Shown piece after piece: positions 49,642 through 62,988 of a DNA stretch of 64,000 bases. Both the position numbers and the translations under genes were made by a program. Every line of letters begins with the position of its first letter. Position 1 is the stretch's first letter. The stretch spans positions 17,422,001-17,486,000 of the forward strand of contig NC_135250.1 in assembly GCF_964204865.1 (NCBI RefSeq), in the 5' to 3' direction. The notes under the pieces are model-generated. The model had not been told where the DNA came from and did no database searches. It was given only the letters and a program-made list of their open reading frames with translations. The stretch is from Styela clava (taxonomy: Eukaryota).

Positions 49642-52600
49642 TTATGTCACTGTGTTTGACTTATTAATATTAGCATTATCAAGGGGATTGATTACGGGCG
49701 TTGTTTCTGTAGGGTCCTCCGTTGGGGTGTCATTTGGACTCAATAGTTCTACTGGTGTTTGGAAAATGTCACCATTTCGAGAAGTAGTGTCAGTTTCTTT
49801 GCTTTTTCTTCTCTCTCCCGCTCGTACTATGGCATCCACCGCCACGTCGAACATTCCCATTGAGGTGATTCCAAAGCCGCGAGTATAAAGGCTCGCTTCA
49901 GATTTTTCCTCTTCTTTCACTTCAGTACCGTTAACAAAGACCTATAGGAAAAACAAGAGAACAATGTAGGCTACACGTAACGGGAAAGTTAGACCAGCTC
50001 CAGGCAGATAATATTTCTGTGAACGATCGAGTATCAACAGTTTTATAATTGCGACATATGTGAAGACCGACAACTACCCGTCACTAGCATCAACACCATG
50101 TTACAATTACTTCAACCATAAAACACAATCGTAATTGAGTTATATATTTCCATTTGATTCACATTGACCAAGCACAAAGACAAAGTAGATAAAACACCTG
50201 GCACATAATCATTTACAAGGCAACATAGCTTAATAGATCAATATTATTCTTTTTTATCACGAACGTGCATTGAAGGGGGTTCTGGGCGAGCAGCAATCAA
50301 TATGGAAGAAATACGTCGTACGTATGTATGTATGTATGTATGTTTATTCGTCTCGTAAAAGCAATATAAAAGAGTAAGTAATTATAAATACTGAAGACGG
50401 GATGTATGCACAAGACCATATTGGCCTAAAACACAGATGTGCGCATACACCCCTTTTGATATATATAAATTATAATAGGGTAAATCAAATATGTACAATA
50501 TGGTCCTTTATACAGGCAGTTGTGCAAGGAGGGTGGGTGGGTGTGGTAACATGGATAAGGGTGAAGTGTACAAAACTGTTTGTACAAAGGAGTTTGTTAG
50601 ACAAAACCACATCTATAAATAGAGACACAACACAACATGAAACAATACGTTACGATCATTAACGAGATTCGAACCCCCGCAATTCAATCAACGTTGTAAA
50701 GAGCATGGTAATTCAATTTGACATATGTTATAGATATAGAAAACCTCCTAAAAATATGAGCTGGCATGTGGTTACTGCTCCTTCGGTATATGTAAATCTC
50801 ACCGCGGCTTCGTTGTTTCCAATGACAAATGTTTCCTGATTTTTGTATTTCATCGACGCTTCTTGTTCTTCTTCTAGTTTACGTAAATGGCGTTTATGTA
50901 AAACTGTAACGCATTTTGAAACGAGCCAGGAAAATCCTCCCGCAACAATGGCTATGGCGAAAAACATCATCATTTGCGATAGTTCGTCTGTTGCCACATT
51001 GTGGTAGAGCGTCGCCGTCTCTACAGTGGTGAAATTGCTAGAATCCGTTGCTGTTAAAATTTATCAAACCTTATAATAAAACTATAAACTGCAAGATTTC
51101 AATTATTTGTCGTAATTGATAATATTGAGTAGGCCGAGTTGGTTTTTTAGAATTAATGGTCTAATATTATGTATAATATGGCTTTTTCCTATCTAGGTAA
51201 CTGCTTACAATACAGTGGCGTAGCCAGGGGGTCGTTTTTTGGGTCGAACCCTATCTGACGGACAAGCTAATTAACTTCGGCATTATTCTAACACTATTAC
51301 ACAGCAGCATTAAATTCAGCATCTACGTATATAGCTCGATTGATTTGACTAATTGGCCAATTATATAAGTACATTGTATAGGCTATAATTTGTGTAGCCT
51401 TTTGAGTCTTTTATCGATAAATGAAGCATATTTTAACACGCATCAATCGCATGTTTCTTTTTTATTACTTTAAATGTAAAAATTTATCATTCGAGCGCTC
51501 ACCGAAAGTTATATTTGTGTGCTTTGTACAAATTGAAATATATACAAACATAAATCCATATTAGTGTGAATAAAAGCCATTCATTTGGTATAAATCAAGT
51601 TGGAAAAAGCAACTCATAACTTCCACTTTTATTCGGATAAGAAAACATAGAGAACAACAACTTTATGTGGAATGACAGAAGTTTGATTATCCCAATACAG
51701 ACTGGGAAATCATCATTAACAAAGTTAGCCTAGATTAGTTTTGGAAAACTACCCATATCTGTGGGAAGTTCAGCATTGATTTACAAAATATTGATTTGAT
51801 GTACGTGCCAATAACAAAAACATTTGAACCTCCATCATGCGAATACTATTGATTTGGTTCATGCGTGGAACGATGAAGATTTAGAGCTGTTCATGGCGCT
51901 TTTTATATCCGTTCCATCTATAGTCGGGCTACTAAATTAAGCATTGGAATATGGTTATTACAAAGGCTGGCTCGTCGTAAATACTGGCTTTTGAAAGAAT
52001 GTCTAATCCAGATACTATCTGCCTTTAGGGCGCGAAAAGTGTAGCTGAATTATTTATCTCGCAAAAAGCAGGTTGCCGCGCTGTGAATTTTTCAATAACA
52101 TTCATGTTTTTTTTAGTTTTTCACCAATATTGTGAATTGAAATTCTTGATTTTTTTTTTAAATGGTCAATTTGCTCACATGAATATAAAGAAATACATTC
52201 ACACGAACATACTCTATGGGGAATTATTCACAACAATATGATGAACTTCCACACTAAATTAATTATATATAGCACAGTACGGTCGTGACTTATTTGTCTC
52301 AAAGATGTGAAACCACAGGCAAACAATTATGGAATTCAGAGTGCATATTACAATTTTGTATATAATATTCAGAATGATAAAAATGTAATAGAAAAGTGCG
52401 TATAGGCATGTGTTACTGTTTGATAACAGCATCATATAAAAATGGCTCCGATCTCCATTTATAATGGTTTAGCTAACTTAAGGGGAAAACAAATTTGCGA
52501 CTCGAATGTGGTATCGAGCTAATTTCGGAAGCAAGATTTGAGTACATAGGTAGGGCATAGAATTTGGATTCAGAAAGCGAAATTGTTCAAAACATCACCG

Positions 52601-53018
52601 TCATGATGTATTTCATGGGCAAACCTCAATGATAAATTAAAGTTCATTATTAACTATAAATAGACGAAAACAGTACTCCAACAATCATATTATATTATGT
52701 ATGTGTGGTCTTACTGTCCAAAATTCAGATAACTATTAATCTTTTGGAAATTTCAAATCAATGATACTAGTTCATAACAACATTACTTATTTTTCGTACG
52801 TACAAATTTGCATTCAGTTTCATCTAATGTTGTCTCACAAACGCATTAGAAAACGCGACCACCTGCCTCGTACACAGAAATTAATGAAACTAATTATGTA
52901 GATAAGTATATTTAAATAGACGAATTTTTCATAGACTCATTGTCAACATATTATTGCTTACATTTACATACTTGTAACAAGAATATTTGTAATACGAAAT
53001 CTACTCACTCATTTCCAT
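49642..53018 (-). CDS. Uncharacterised single-pass (type III-like) membrane protein, 185 aa; complement(join(49642..49941,50803..51050,53009..53018))
   Basis: Splice sites ATGGAAATGA|gtgagt, taacag|CA, GCG|gtgaga and ctatag|GTC join in frame: MEMTTDSSNFTTVETATLYHNVATDELSQ-MMMFFAIAIVAGGFSWLVSKCVTVL-HKRHLRKLEEEQEASMKYKNQETFVIGNNEAA|VFVNGTEVKEEEKSEASLYTRGFGITSMGMFDVAVDAIVRAGERRKSKETDTTSRNGDIFQTPVELLSPNDTPTEDPTETTPVINPLDNANINKSNTVT*. N-terminal NFT sequon, one hydrophobic helix, then a basic stretch. Confidence 0.75.
50318..50600 (-). mobile_element. LINE (L2/CR1-type) 3' end in intron 2 of the membrane-protein gene
   Basis: On the minus strand, a stem-loop region is followed by AATAAA and a (CATA)n tail. 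Confidence 0.55.
51213..52060 (+). mobile_element. Possible decayed hAT (Tip100/ZMYM1-like) element
   Basis: Terminus-like CAGTGGCGTAGCCAGGGGG; weak hAT C-terminal-like remnants at ~51790-52045. Confidence 0.35.
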
Positions 53019-56000
53019 ATTGTTTTCGCTATATATTTCACCGAATCTCTTGAAACACAGAATATACTAGACAGAAAACAGCACAGTCATAGTAAGTGTG
53101 CTGAAAGCTTACGAACTCCCTGAAAACTCTTCACAATATCTTAACTCAATTTCAGCACAGGCTCATAATAAATTGATCTGAACAAAAGGACATCAAAACA
53201 AAAACATCTGAATTGAGAACAAAGCGCATACAAACAAAGAGTTTCTTTTGTTCTTTGCTACAAACATATTCAATTTACATGAATCTAACCATGATGCATT
53301 CATAAAGAATGCTCGGTCCACCTGTAGCCTAAGCCTGATACATCATGTTTTAGGCCGCAAGTATATAGGTTTGATCATAAAGGCGAGATGAAAAGACATG
53401 AATATGTTGTAAAGCCTTCCGGGGGTGAAAGACTACTCTGTGTTAAATAGGCACAACTTTATACCCGCTCTTCTTATAATGTACGAGAGCCCCGAGGTGA
53501 AATTCAATGTCAAGTATTCTAAATATCAAATGACTTTATATATATATATATATCCTAACTTGCGTTCAGACGTTTTGAAATTGCTCGTAAAATTACAATC
53601 TTCTATAGGACCTTCACACCGAAGCAGAAGTTTATTATGTGAGGCTGTTGTAAAAATTGATAACTTCCTGTAAGAACCTGGCAGTTTTCAAGCAGTAGAA
53701 TATATTTTACATCGCAACTCTTCATTTAGATTTAAAATTAGACATTCGCGATGACTAAACGTTATCCCAAGTTGAAGTTACTTCTATTGAGCTTTCGTGG
53801 AGAACCTGTTCCTGACATGCGAGTAAAATTTTGAAAACTTTATTTTAAGAACCATGGTAAATTTTGCGTGCGTGAACGCACCAAAATTAAATGTGTGATG
53901 GAATTAAACCATCACGTTCGCGTGACGTTATATGCTTGAAAATAAAGTCTAAAGGGCCGGGTTGTTACAGTATGTCTTTAAAATCCCTTGCAATATTGTT
54001 ATGTAATAAGAAGGAAAAGCTTTATTGTACATCATTTTGAACTTCTGCTACAATTTACCATTACACTGGTATATTGTACACAGAGGAGTTTAAACATGTT
54101 TTACAATTCATTCTAGTCACTTTTTCAAGTGGTCAGAAAATGTATCAGAACAGTATTTTAAAAGAAAAAATTTAGTGAAAATGTAAGCACACATAGGCTC
54201 CATTTCATTTTCATTATCTTTGAATAGGTTTTTAGATTATTTAGACGCACAAGCCTCGCAAAATTCTGTGCAGAAGTACTGGAGCTGACTGACTGCGTTT
54301 ATTTGAAATATATTATCAATGTCCATTACATTAGTACTGTATGTAAATTCGAAAAATTCTGTGAATATCGTGCATCCCGCATACCTGTGGTTCTTTAGGT
54401 ATGTAATACCTAACCATAAAATACAGTTATACATTAATCACATTCAAGCCACCAACCCTGCATTGCTCTCTTTTCACACAAAAGTATTCAATTTATGCTA
54501 AAAACCACGACCACAACAATAATATTGATAATCTTACATAGGCTGCTGATACCTTGTCAGTCGCCAGCATCTGTCTAAATCTTCGCCATAACTCGCATAC
54601 TAGTTTGTAACATCACGCGAGTAAAATACAAAGTTGTAATTCATTACAGTGATAATATGACATCGCATCGATTGATCTTTCTATTGCATGACTAGAAACA
54701 ACTTAAAATTAAGTATCTCATCAGATGGCGATCAGCAGTTAATTAAGCATGATTGTACAGTCGTAACAACACAAACTGGTTGAATTGGACTTGGCAATAT
54801 AAGTTAGTTGAACTTAATTCGTAATAATTTTTATTTTAAGTGTAATACCGTTATGAAAAGATTTCATATAAGAAAGGCTTGAGATTTTGGCGGAGAGACA
54901 TTTCTAATCGTAGTCACATCATACAATATTACGCCATTGAATAAGCTGTTACCTGCGGTTTTTTATGTCATTAGCAAACAAAAGATAAACTATTAACGAA
55001 GATTTTTTTAATTAACTGGAAGGCACATGAGAAATCTTAGATTGCATAAAATACTTGAAATCCATTCTGAAAGACATGAAAAAGCAATCCTAGGCATTGC
55101 GAATATCTTAAATGTGCCTTGGATTATGTTGTCATATAAAGGCTTCGTGCGTTATTCTATCGACATTAAATAAAATCAAATTGTTAAAATCTACTTGAGC
55201 TGAATAACATTTTTCAAAATGTAGTTTTCACTAAATTTCCAAAAATTTCTGTTCACTCGTATTTGTCATTTAAAATAGCAACTACCTGTTGGCATTCAAA
55301 ATTATTGACCAAAAATTCACCGCATTCAAAGTTCTCTTTGCTATAAAAAGTAATAGGGACTTTTATAAAATCTCCATGTAAATGTTGTAAGTATCAAGCA
55401 ACATCATTACTTAAATCATTGGTAACTCGTCGATTTTTGATGGCAGAATTCGGTATACTTTAACAGACTTTAGTGATTGTAATGAAATAATCTCTTTTTT
55501 TTTGTTTGATTTAGTAGCTATTTAAATGCTGCCAAATTGTTTTACTTTGATTGACGTGTCGTGGCTCACCATATGTGAGTACGTAAAAAAGAATGGGATT
55601 CAGTAGTAACTTATACGTAAGAGTTTTTGTATTGCATTTTTACAACGTCTAATTAAACTAAACATTGATCTCTTCAGCCGTTATATAGATGAATCTCGGA
55701 AATGCTCGATACGGCCGGCTATATTGAAAGGGAACTTCCAATAGCACAATGGTTTCTTATCAAAACACAAGTTTTTTATGGAATTGAAAACTTGTGTAAC
55801 AAATATAGTGGATATGGAGTAAAAATAGTTGTTTTGAAACTATTTTCAAACTGTAGGCCTACTATTTCTCAAAGTTCAAGTGAATAAGCCACATGATATC
55901 GGTATGGAACAGGTATTGGAATATATATATAGACATTATGTACAGAGAAACATCATATATGTATATATATATGTGGGATTTTTCATATTTATTTTTATAG

Positions 56001-56249
56001 AATTCCCCTTAGAGTCTTGAGCAATCAAATAAAAGTGGAAAGAGTACTAATAAAAGAATACGGTTAGCCAGAAACTTGTAAGAATCTCAGCTAGGGAAAC
56101 AGCAAAGTGAAAATAAATTGGGGAAAGCGAAACAAAAATATATTGCAGCTTCAGCCTTAGCTTACACAATCACATACTATACGCAAGGTTGACCTAAGAA
56201 TGGAACTGAGCCTGAGCTCCAAAAGATGTGCAATCCGTTCTCGTAAGTA

Positions 56250-57067
56250 GGGGGAAGTGGGGAAGGTTGGGACACTTTTTTCTCTTGCATATTTTGACCT
56301 GTTTATTCTGAACCGCCATTTCATTTTGGGTCCCTTGCGACACACATCTTACCACCAAAATACTTTGAAAATCGTTTGTCAAGTGTCCCACTATACTCCA
56401 CGTGGGGCACATTCGGACAAACCCAGGGGCACAATGGGGCATTCTGTTAAATTCAACGAAGTATGCCCTTAAAACTAAGCAAAGAATCAGCATTATAATC
56501 TCTAAAGAACGGGGGGGAGGGCTTCAAATTTGGATATTTAATTTTTTGAAACAAATGTTCAACCAAAATATTTCAGATATTCTTCCAAAAAAATAACGCG
56601 AACAAATTAAATTTCTTCCTTATTAGAATCTAAATTTTAAACATTTTTGATTCTCGAAAATATCCCATATTGGGCCATGGGCCGAAAGATACCATAATAT
56701 TACAAAAACATAACACATCTCTAAGCACTTAGTGGATCAAACTACCGAACTGCGCCCAGTGGAGCATGTCCCACTGGACCCCGGTTCATTGTTCCCCATA
56801 AGAAACAAATATAGTCAGACTGTCCCACGGCGAGCTTAGGAAGGCACATCCACTCCCCAACGTTATGAATATTTTACAGTGACTGAAGTTGAAAAATACC
56901 AGATGGTGGTTTGTAATGTTCGAAAGATTAAAATAGAAAAAAAAAATTGGAATGGTAAAATTTTAGCGGATTCAAAAAACGAACCGCAGACCGGATTCCG
57001 GATATAATACGAGTGTGAGAGCTGATGTTCCACCGTGCCCCATGTCCCACCGTGGTCCACCTTCCCA
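56250..57067. mobile_element. Non-autonomous TIR element (possibly pogo/Tc-mariner-like)
   Basis: Imperfect TIRs GGGGAAGTGGGGAAGGTTGGGACA / TGTCCCACCGTGGTCCACCTTCCC and internal TGTCCCAC/GGGGCAC repeats. Confidence 0.5.
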
Positions 57068-58206
57068 TATGTCACAAATTGTGTAAAGTGAGTGAGAGAT
57101 ATATATACAGTACTGATAAATTGTTACATACATCACTATATTGTGGTCCTGCATTATTACAAGCCAAGCAAACTTACGTTCGTTAGATAAGCTTAGCAAA
57201 CAGAAAATCTTTAAACCCAATTTAAAATGCAGTTAGTTCATTATATCAATATGGAGCCAATATAAGAATGGTACTAAAAAAATATTGCAGTTTTATATTA
57301 ATATTTTCATGTTCATTTTTCAACGAGCCGCGTGAATTTTTGCTTGACTATTGTCAGTTTCTAACACGGCCGAATAATTGATTTGCCCACTAAAATTATA
57401 CGTTGAAAAACTCTTTCCTCCATATTGAGGAATTTCTGTTTCATGTCGTGAAATGTTAGTAGTTTAACACCGGGGGAGCCCAACAACGACTCAATTGACG
57501 AAAAAAATATAATATTCGGTATTCTCAGTTGATTTGGGCAATGTTGCAAAAACATGCATCACTGTAAATTGCGACAAGTGTGTTACAATGGGTTTTGGAG
57601 TGTGACAAAATGTAAAAAAAAATAACGCAACAAAGGTTACAGGATCATTTTTCAACATTAAACAAATAAATTCATTGCGTGGTCTTAGGTATTCATCTGC
57701 GACACTAATATGATTTGAAAATAAAGGTTGAGATAGGTTCAGAAACGATAACCCTAGGATAAATTTTTGGCGCATGTCATGAACGTCGAAAGTAATAAAA
57801 AAGTTGCGGCCATAAAAGAAACAAAGTCCCACTATATAATCTGAACAGATGATATTTGTTTAAATACTCCCAAACATTGCGTCTTCCCTTTTTCTAATTT
57901 TTTTTGGCCAGTGTCCGTATTTGTCCCCGGGAATATCTTCACATAGAACCATGAATATTTTTCTGAAGGGTTTATCAATTTTTTCAAGTGATGAAAATGG
58001 TCTCAGCTCTCAGTTTTTTAAAGAAGCAGAGCACGTGTATCAAATACAGGTTTTCACGCCCCCATTCATAAAAGTTACCATTCTGAAATTTCAGAATGGC
58101 TGAAGTTACCCCCTTTTGATTTTATTAAACACTGTACTTACACTTACACTGTACTTAATACAAGAAAGGAATCCAGTAGTATTGTATGATTGAAGGGATA
58201 GACATG

Positions 58207-59511
58207 TATGGTGGCCCATCGTTGTCACGCGTAAAATTGAAAATAAGAATAAAAAATAAAATGAAAAGCCGAAAATAAAAAAATTGTTGTAAAAAAACNN
58301 NNNNNNNNNNNNNNNNNNNNNNNNNNNNNNNNNNNNNNNNNNNNNNNNNNNNNNNNNNNNNNNNNNNNNNNNNNNNNNNNNNNNNNNNNNNNNNNNNNNN
58401 NNNNNNNNNNNNNNNNNNNNNNNNNNNNNNNNNNNNNNNAGGTTGACAACGATGGTCCGCCTCGTGGCCCATCGTTGTCAGGCGTTTTTATTTTTAGAAA
58501 ATTTGCTTCTGCTTGGGACCAACGTTGTCAGGCATAATCCTACGCGCACAAATGTGTTCCCTGGGTTTCAAACTCACTACTGATTTTCTTGAGCAATATT
58601 CAATATGAAAATGTTCTATAAATTCTCCATGCTACAAGTTCAACAAGAAGTAATATATTTATAATAATGATAAGAGAATATAAAATTGAATACGAAAATT
58701 CGGAAAATTTGTTGTTACGTGTATAAGGTAATTTAATTGGAGAATGCTGCTTAACTACTCAGTTGTCTGGACACTCGCGATGCCGGTACCGTACCGTCTT
58801 ACCAAATACCGGTAGTCGGTTATAGTCGCTTTGCGTCTGACCGTACCGGTAGCCATACAATCACTCATCATCTCCCATTCTTTCACGAGTGATTGCATGG
58901 GTACCGGTACGGTCAGACAATACCGTACCGGCATCGCACGAGTGTCTGAGCAGTTAAGCAGCATTTTCCAATTAAAAACAAATTTTCGTATCCAATTCTA
59001 TATTCTCTTATCCTTATTAAAAAAATTGTGTTGCTTGTGGTTGAACTTGTAGCATGGAGAATTTATAGAACATTTTCATGTTGAATTTATTGGATATTGC
59101 TCATGAAAATCAGTAGTGAGTTAGAAACCCAGGAAACACATTTGTGCGTGTAGGATTAAGCCTGACAACGTTGGTCCCAAGCAGCATCAAATTTTCCAAA
59201 AATAAAAACGCGTGACAACGATGGGCCACGAGGCGGACCATCGTTGTCAACCTTTTTATTTTCTTTCTATCCAATTTTTTTTTTCAAATTTTTTTTTTTT
59301 TTTTTTAATTTTTTTTTTTAATTTCAATTTTTTTTTTAATTTTTTTTGTTTGTTTTATTTTTCAATTTTTTTTTTAATTTCAATTTTTTTTTTATTTCTT
59401 TTTTTCAATTATTTTTATGTTTTTTCACAACTATTTTTTTTATTCTCGCTTTTTCATTTTATTTTTTCATTTTTTTTTAAATTTTACACGTGACAACGAT
59501 GGGCCACCATA
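58207..59511. mobile_element. Foldback DNA element, copy 2, with 6-bp TSD GACATG
   Basis: Same termini and arms as 41196-42692; GACATG at 58201-58206 and 59512-59517; lacks the central hairpin of copy 1. Confidence 0.9.
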
Positions 59512-62500
59512 GACATGCATACGTGCTGTTTCTCTCGTCCGCCTTCACCAATGGTCTGTTTTTACCAACTGGCAAATCGCTTGACGTAGAGAATGGTAAT
59601 GAAACTTTTTTGTTTTTAAACATCCGGCAACGTTGATATAAGTTTGAGAATAAATTTTCCCACCACGTGATTGACATTTTTCAGTGTGATGCAGCAAGGA
59701 TCCAAGCTCTCAACCCATTCCGGCTCCTGCTATAAACCTCTCACACCAGGAAAATCAATTTTGCGCAACGCTACCTAACCGGCGATTGATACACAAAACT
59801 GTACTTGGCTGCATTGGGTGCCCCAAAACATTTTTCCACAGAAGAGCCCAAAAGATCATGTAACAGCGGTGTTATGTGGGGTTACCTTGGGTTTTAAGTT
59901 TGTGTAACCAAATTATTATTGTTGTCATTGAAAAAAATCAAAAGTGTTTTATGAGACAAATAAGAATTAAAAATGGAAATAGCGCTGATAATCCTACCCA
60001 TGCCAGACTATGCCTGTTATCTATAGATAAAGCCAGAAGCGTTTTTTTAAAAAAGACGTGGAAATAGCGGCTGATAATCCGATTCATACCCCATGATCAA
60101 TGATCCATAGCGTATATTTGTTAATACATAAAACTATTAATATAGAGGTTCAATAATTTAAAGTGTCATCATTTGGGTTTTTACATTTTTCACAGATATT
60201 TGCAAAATGAAAATCAATTAGGTTTAATCGAAAAGATGAAGAACTTTTTACCCTGAACGATTTGAGATGATTTTATTCTCGCGAACGACTTGGAATTTGG
60301 GTGGGAGTTTCTATATTTAACTTGTCTTTCAAAAATTAGGCTACAACTAGATCTTTGTCACACTTAAAAAATAACAAGTGTTTTAAGAACATGAAATATA
60401 ATGGAACTTCACACCGAGTATCAAAACTAGGTTATTGTCGCGGCGCGCTAACACGGTGGTAGTTGTGATCTGGCATGACAACTTGATTCAAACATGTTGA
60501 CGGACACAATTCTTCAGCCAAATGGCGGACATGATTTGTAACTGGAAGGAATGAGGTACGCTGCTACAATTATGACTTTTCTCAATGATTAGCTTCGCGA
60601 GATGTTAGTAAGCTACGTCGTGGGCAATAGGCTAACGATTTAAGTGTTCGTAGTGATGTCATAAAGTGGTTGTCATTTTTTTAGATTCTCGAATATGATT
60701 ATTCAAACACTAGAGATAGGCTGTACAAAAATACTTGGTTGTTACTATATAAATTCGATTCATATGAGTTTCATATTATCATCATAAAATCAAAAAACGA
60801 CAATGCTTAAATATATTGACAACATCACAAATGAATAATCGAAGTATAGCATTAGTGGAAACTGCAAAGAAATATGTATCTAATCATTCAAATCACATAT
60901 CATTCAAATCAATTACATATTCAGTGCCATCGTATCAATTCAATACACATCCGTACTGGCCAAATTTGGAGTGGAACATCAAGACATCAAAACTTCGGAC
61001 GTCACATCATATGCTCCAGTAATGCCGGGGTCTAACCACTGAACTGGAAATATATTTATATATCTCTGTGGGTCTAACGACAAACAACCGCTAGAACTAA
61101 TAAATCATCATTCTTCCTCTAGTGGTGAAAATAAACAATGAAAAAGATATTAGACAAAATGCCCCCGAACGAAGGTCGTGTTCAAATTTTCGTGACTATT
61201 TAGGCATTTTTTTTTACAATGTCACTTTAATTTAATTCAGAATAGCATAAACCAGCCAACATAAAACTATGCTTCGAGCGTATGCACTGTACCGGAAAAT
61301 GAATAATAATAAACCATAAACATACCATATACGATACGCAATAATTACAGAGATTCATCATTTTTGTACTCATTCGAAAGTATAATTTGTATTTCTTTTT
61401 TTTTGTATCGGTACTACGACTTCTAAATAAAAGTCTATAATATATACACTGAAAAGTTTGCTTAAAAATCTTCGCATTATCACGTGACTTGTCGGATGTC
61501 ATGGTGATTCTGAGCATCCGGGCGTCCTGTCGCATTTTTCTAAGATTCGTTGTAAACAAAAAATTTGCTTGGTAGCCTTGCCTATGCTCGGTTCGATATG
61601 TTTGTTTACTGCAAGACTGTAGTAGTACGGTAGTAGTATTTATATTATATGAAGAGAGTTTAGTACTGATATTTTGTTGTTGTTTCTTTTGTGGTGCTTT
61701 TGTTGTTGCAGGATTGTTGTTTGTCGTCCAGTGGACTATTAGCTTAGTGAGTTCGTAATCAAATTAATTTTATCGCATACCGGTATTGCGCACCGCATGT
61801 TCGTTTGTTGTGTTCTACAGTTCTCCTTATCTCCATGTACAGATATAGCAGTAGGCTAATTACACTCCATGTTAAAAGTCCACGCTCACACCCAAGTACC
61901 GGTATCTACGCCCGAATTATCTTTGTGTTTTTATCGTGTTCTTTTTCAAATACAGTGTATCAAATTATAAACAAAGCACCAAAGCACCGCATCACAGCAA
62001 TCAAACAGACAAAAACACGGTGGTCGCAAATTGGTAGACAAAGATATTATCGACGTATTGGAAATGCGCACCCCCTTATTTCCCCTCCTTCAAATGTAGA
62101 AACGCGAAACTTTAAAGATGGTTAGAAAAACACAACTCTACCCACCTGCCAAGTTTCATCTCTTTATATCTTATATTTGTATGAATTCTCAAGCTTTTTT
62201 AAAGGAACAATGGGTAGTTGGCGGCATGGAAAAATGGTCCGTTTTTTTTTTTCAGTCGTAACTTTTTTGTTTGTGGCCGCATTTTAGTGTAGTTTCGCAG
62301 AACTACGAGGAATAAGTGGACGATAACGCGTGAGAAATATCGTCGCGGTTCGTTAATTCTTTCATCATTAATTTAATCGATGAAGTTGATGGTCGCAAAT
62401 AGGTCGTGGCCGCAAAGTGGGTAAGCCACCCTAAGTTTAGCCATTGTAATTGACCATGTAACAATGGCGTTCCTTAATACGTAATATGTCCCATATGGGA

Positions 62501-62898
62501 AGTAGCCTCTATTCGACAAAATTACCAGCCGACTCAACTTCGCCTCTAGGGCAGTAGGGCCACAGACCAATTGACATTACACGATTGGGGTCTGGTATAG
62601 TTTAGTACCACATACACTTCTAGTTGGCCTAGCTTAACAATTTTGGCATACCGGTATGTCATTCCTAACCCCCCACCTGACCACGTCACCAAAAAATTAC
62701 GTCATTGCGACAACATAGTGGCGTAATAAGCCCCACCAAAGTATGCGGGTTCGCGCAGACAATCACCCGAAATCGAGCAAGTTATTTCTCTCGTTTTTTC
62801 GTCATAACGATCGCGATATAAGAAAGATCGCCGAGGTTAGCGGGTTCGTTATCGGCACACCAGTCTGGATTTCATGGCCTTTTTGAACGAGAAATCGG

Positions 62899-62988
62899 GC
62901 GTGCAATCAGAAATTCCTGCGTGCAAATAAGAATTCCTGGCATGCAATTATAGCTCACGGCGTGCAAAACAACTGCGCCTGCGTGCAA
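62899..62988. repeat. Short tandem array of GC(G/A)TGCAA motifs (~21-bp period, x5)
   Basis: gcgtgcaa/gcatgcaa repeated five times; likely transposon subterminal repeats. Confidence 0.55.

Noticed and set aside
57100-58120. Kolobok-like element ending CCCCCTTT
   Set aside because: No matching left terminus or TTAA duplication was found.
59212-59493. Phe-rich 93-aa ORF as a membrane protein
   Set aside because: It is a translation of the poly-T tract in the foldback arm.
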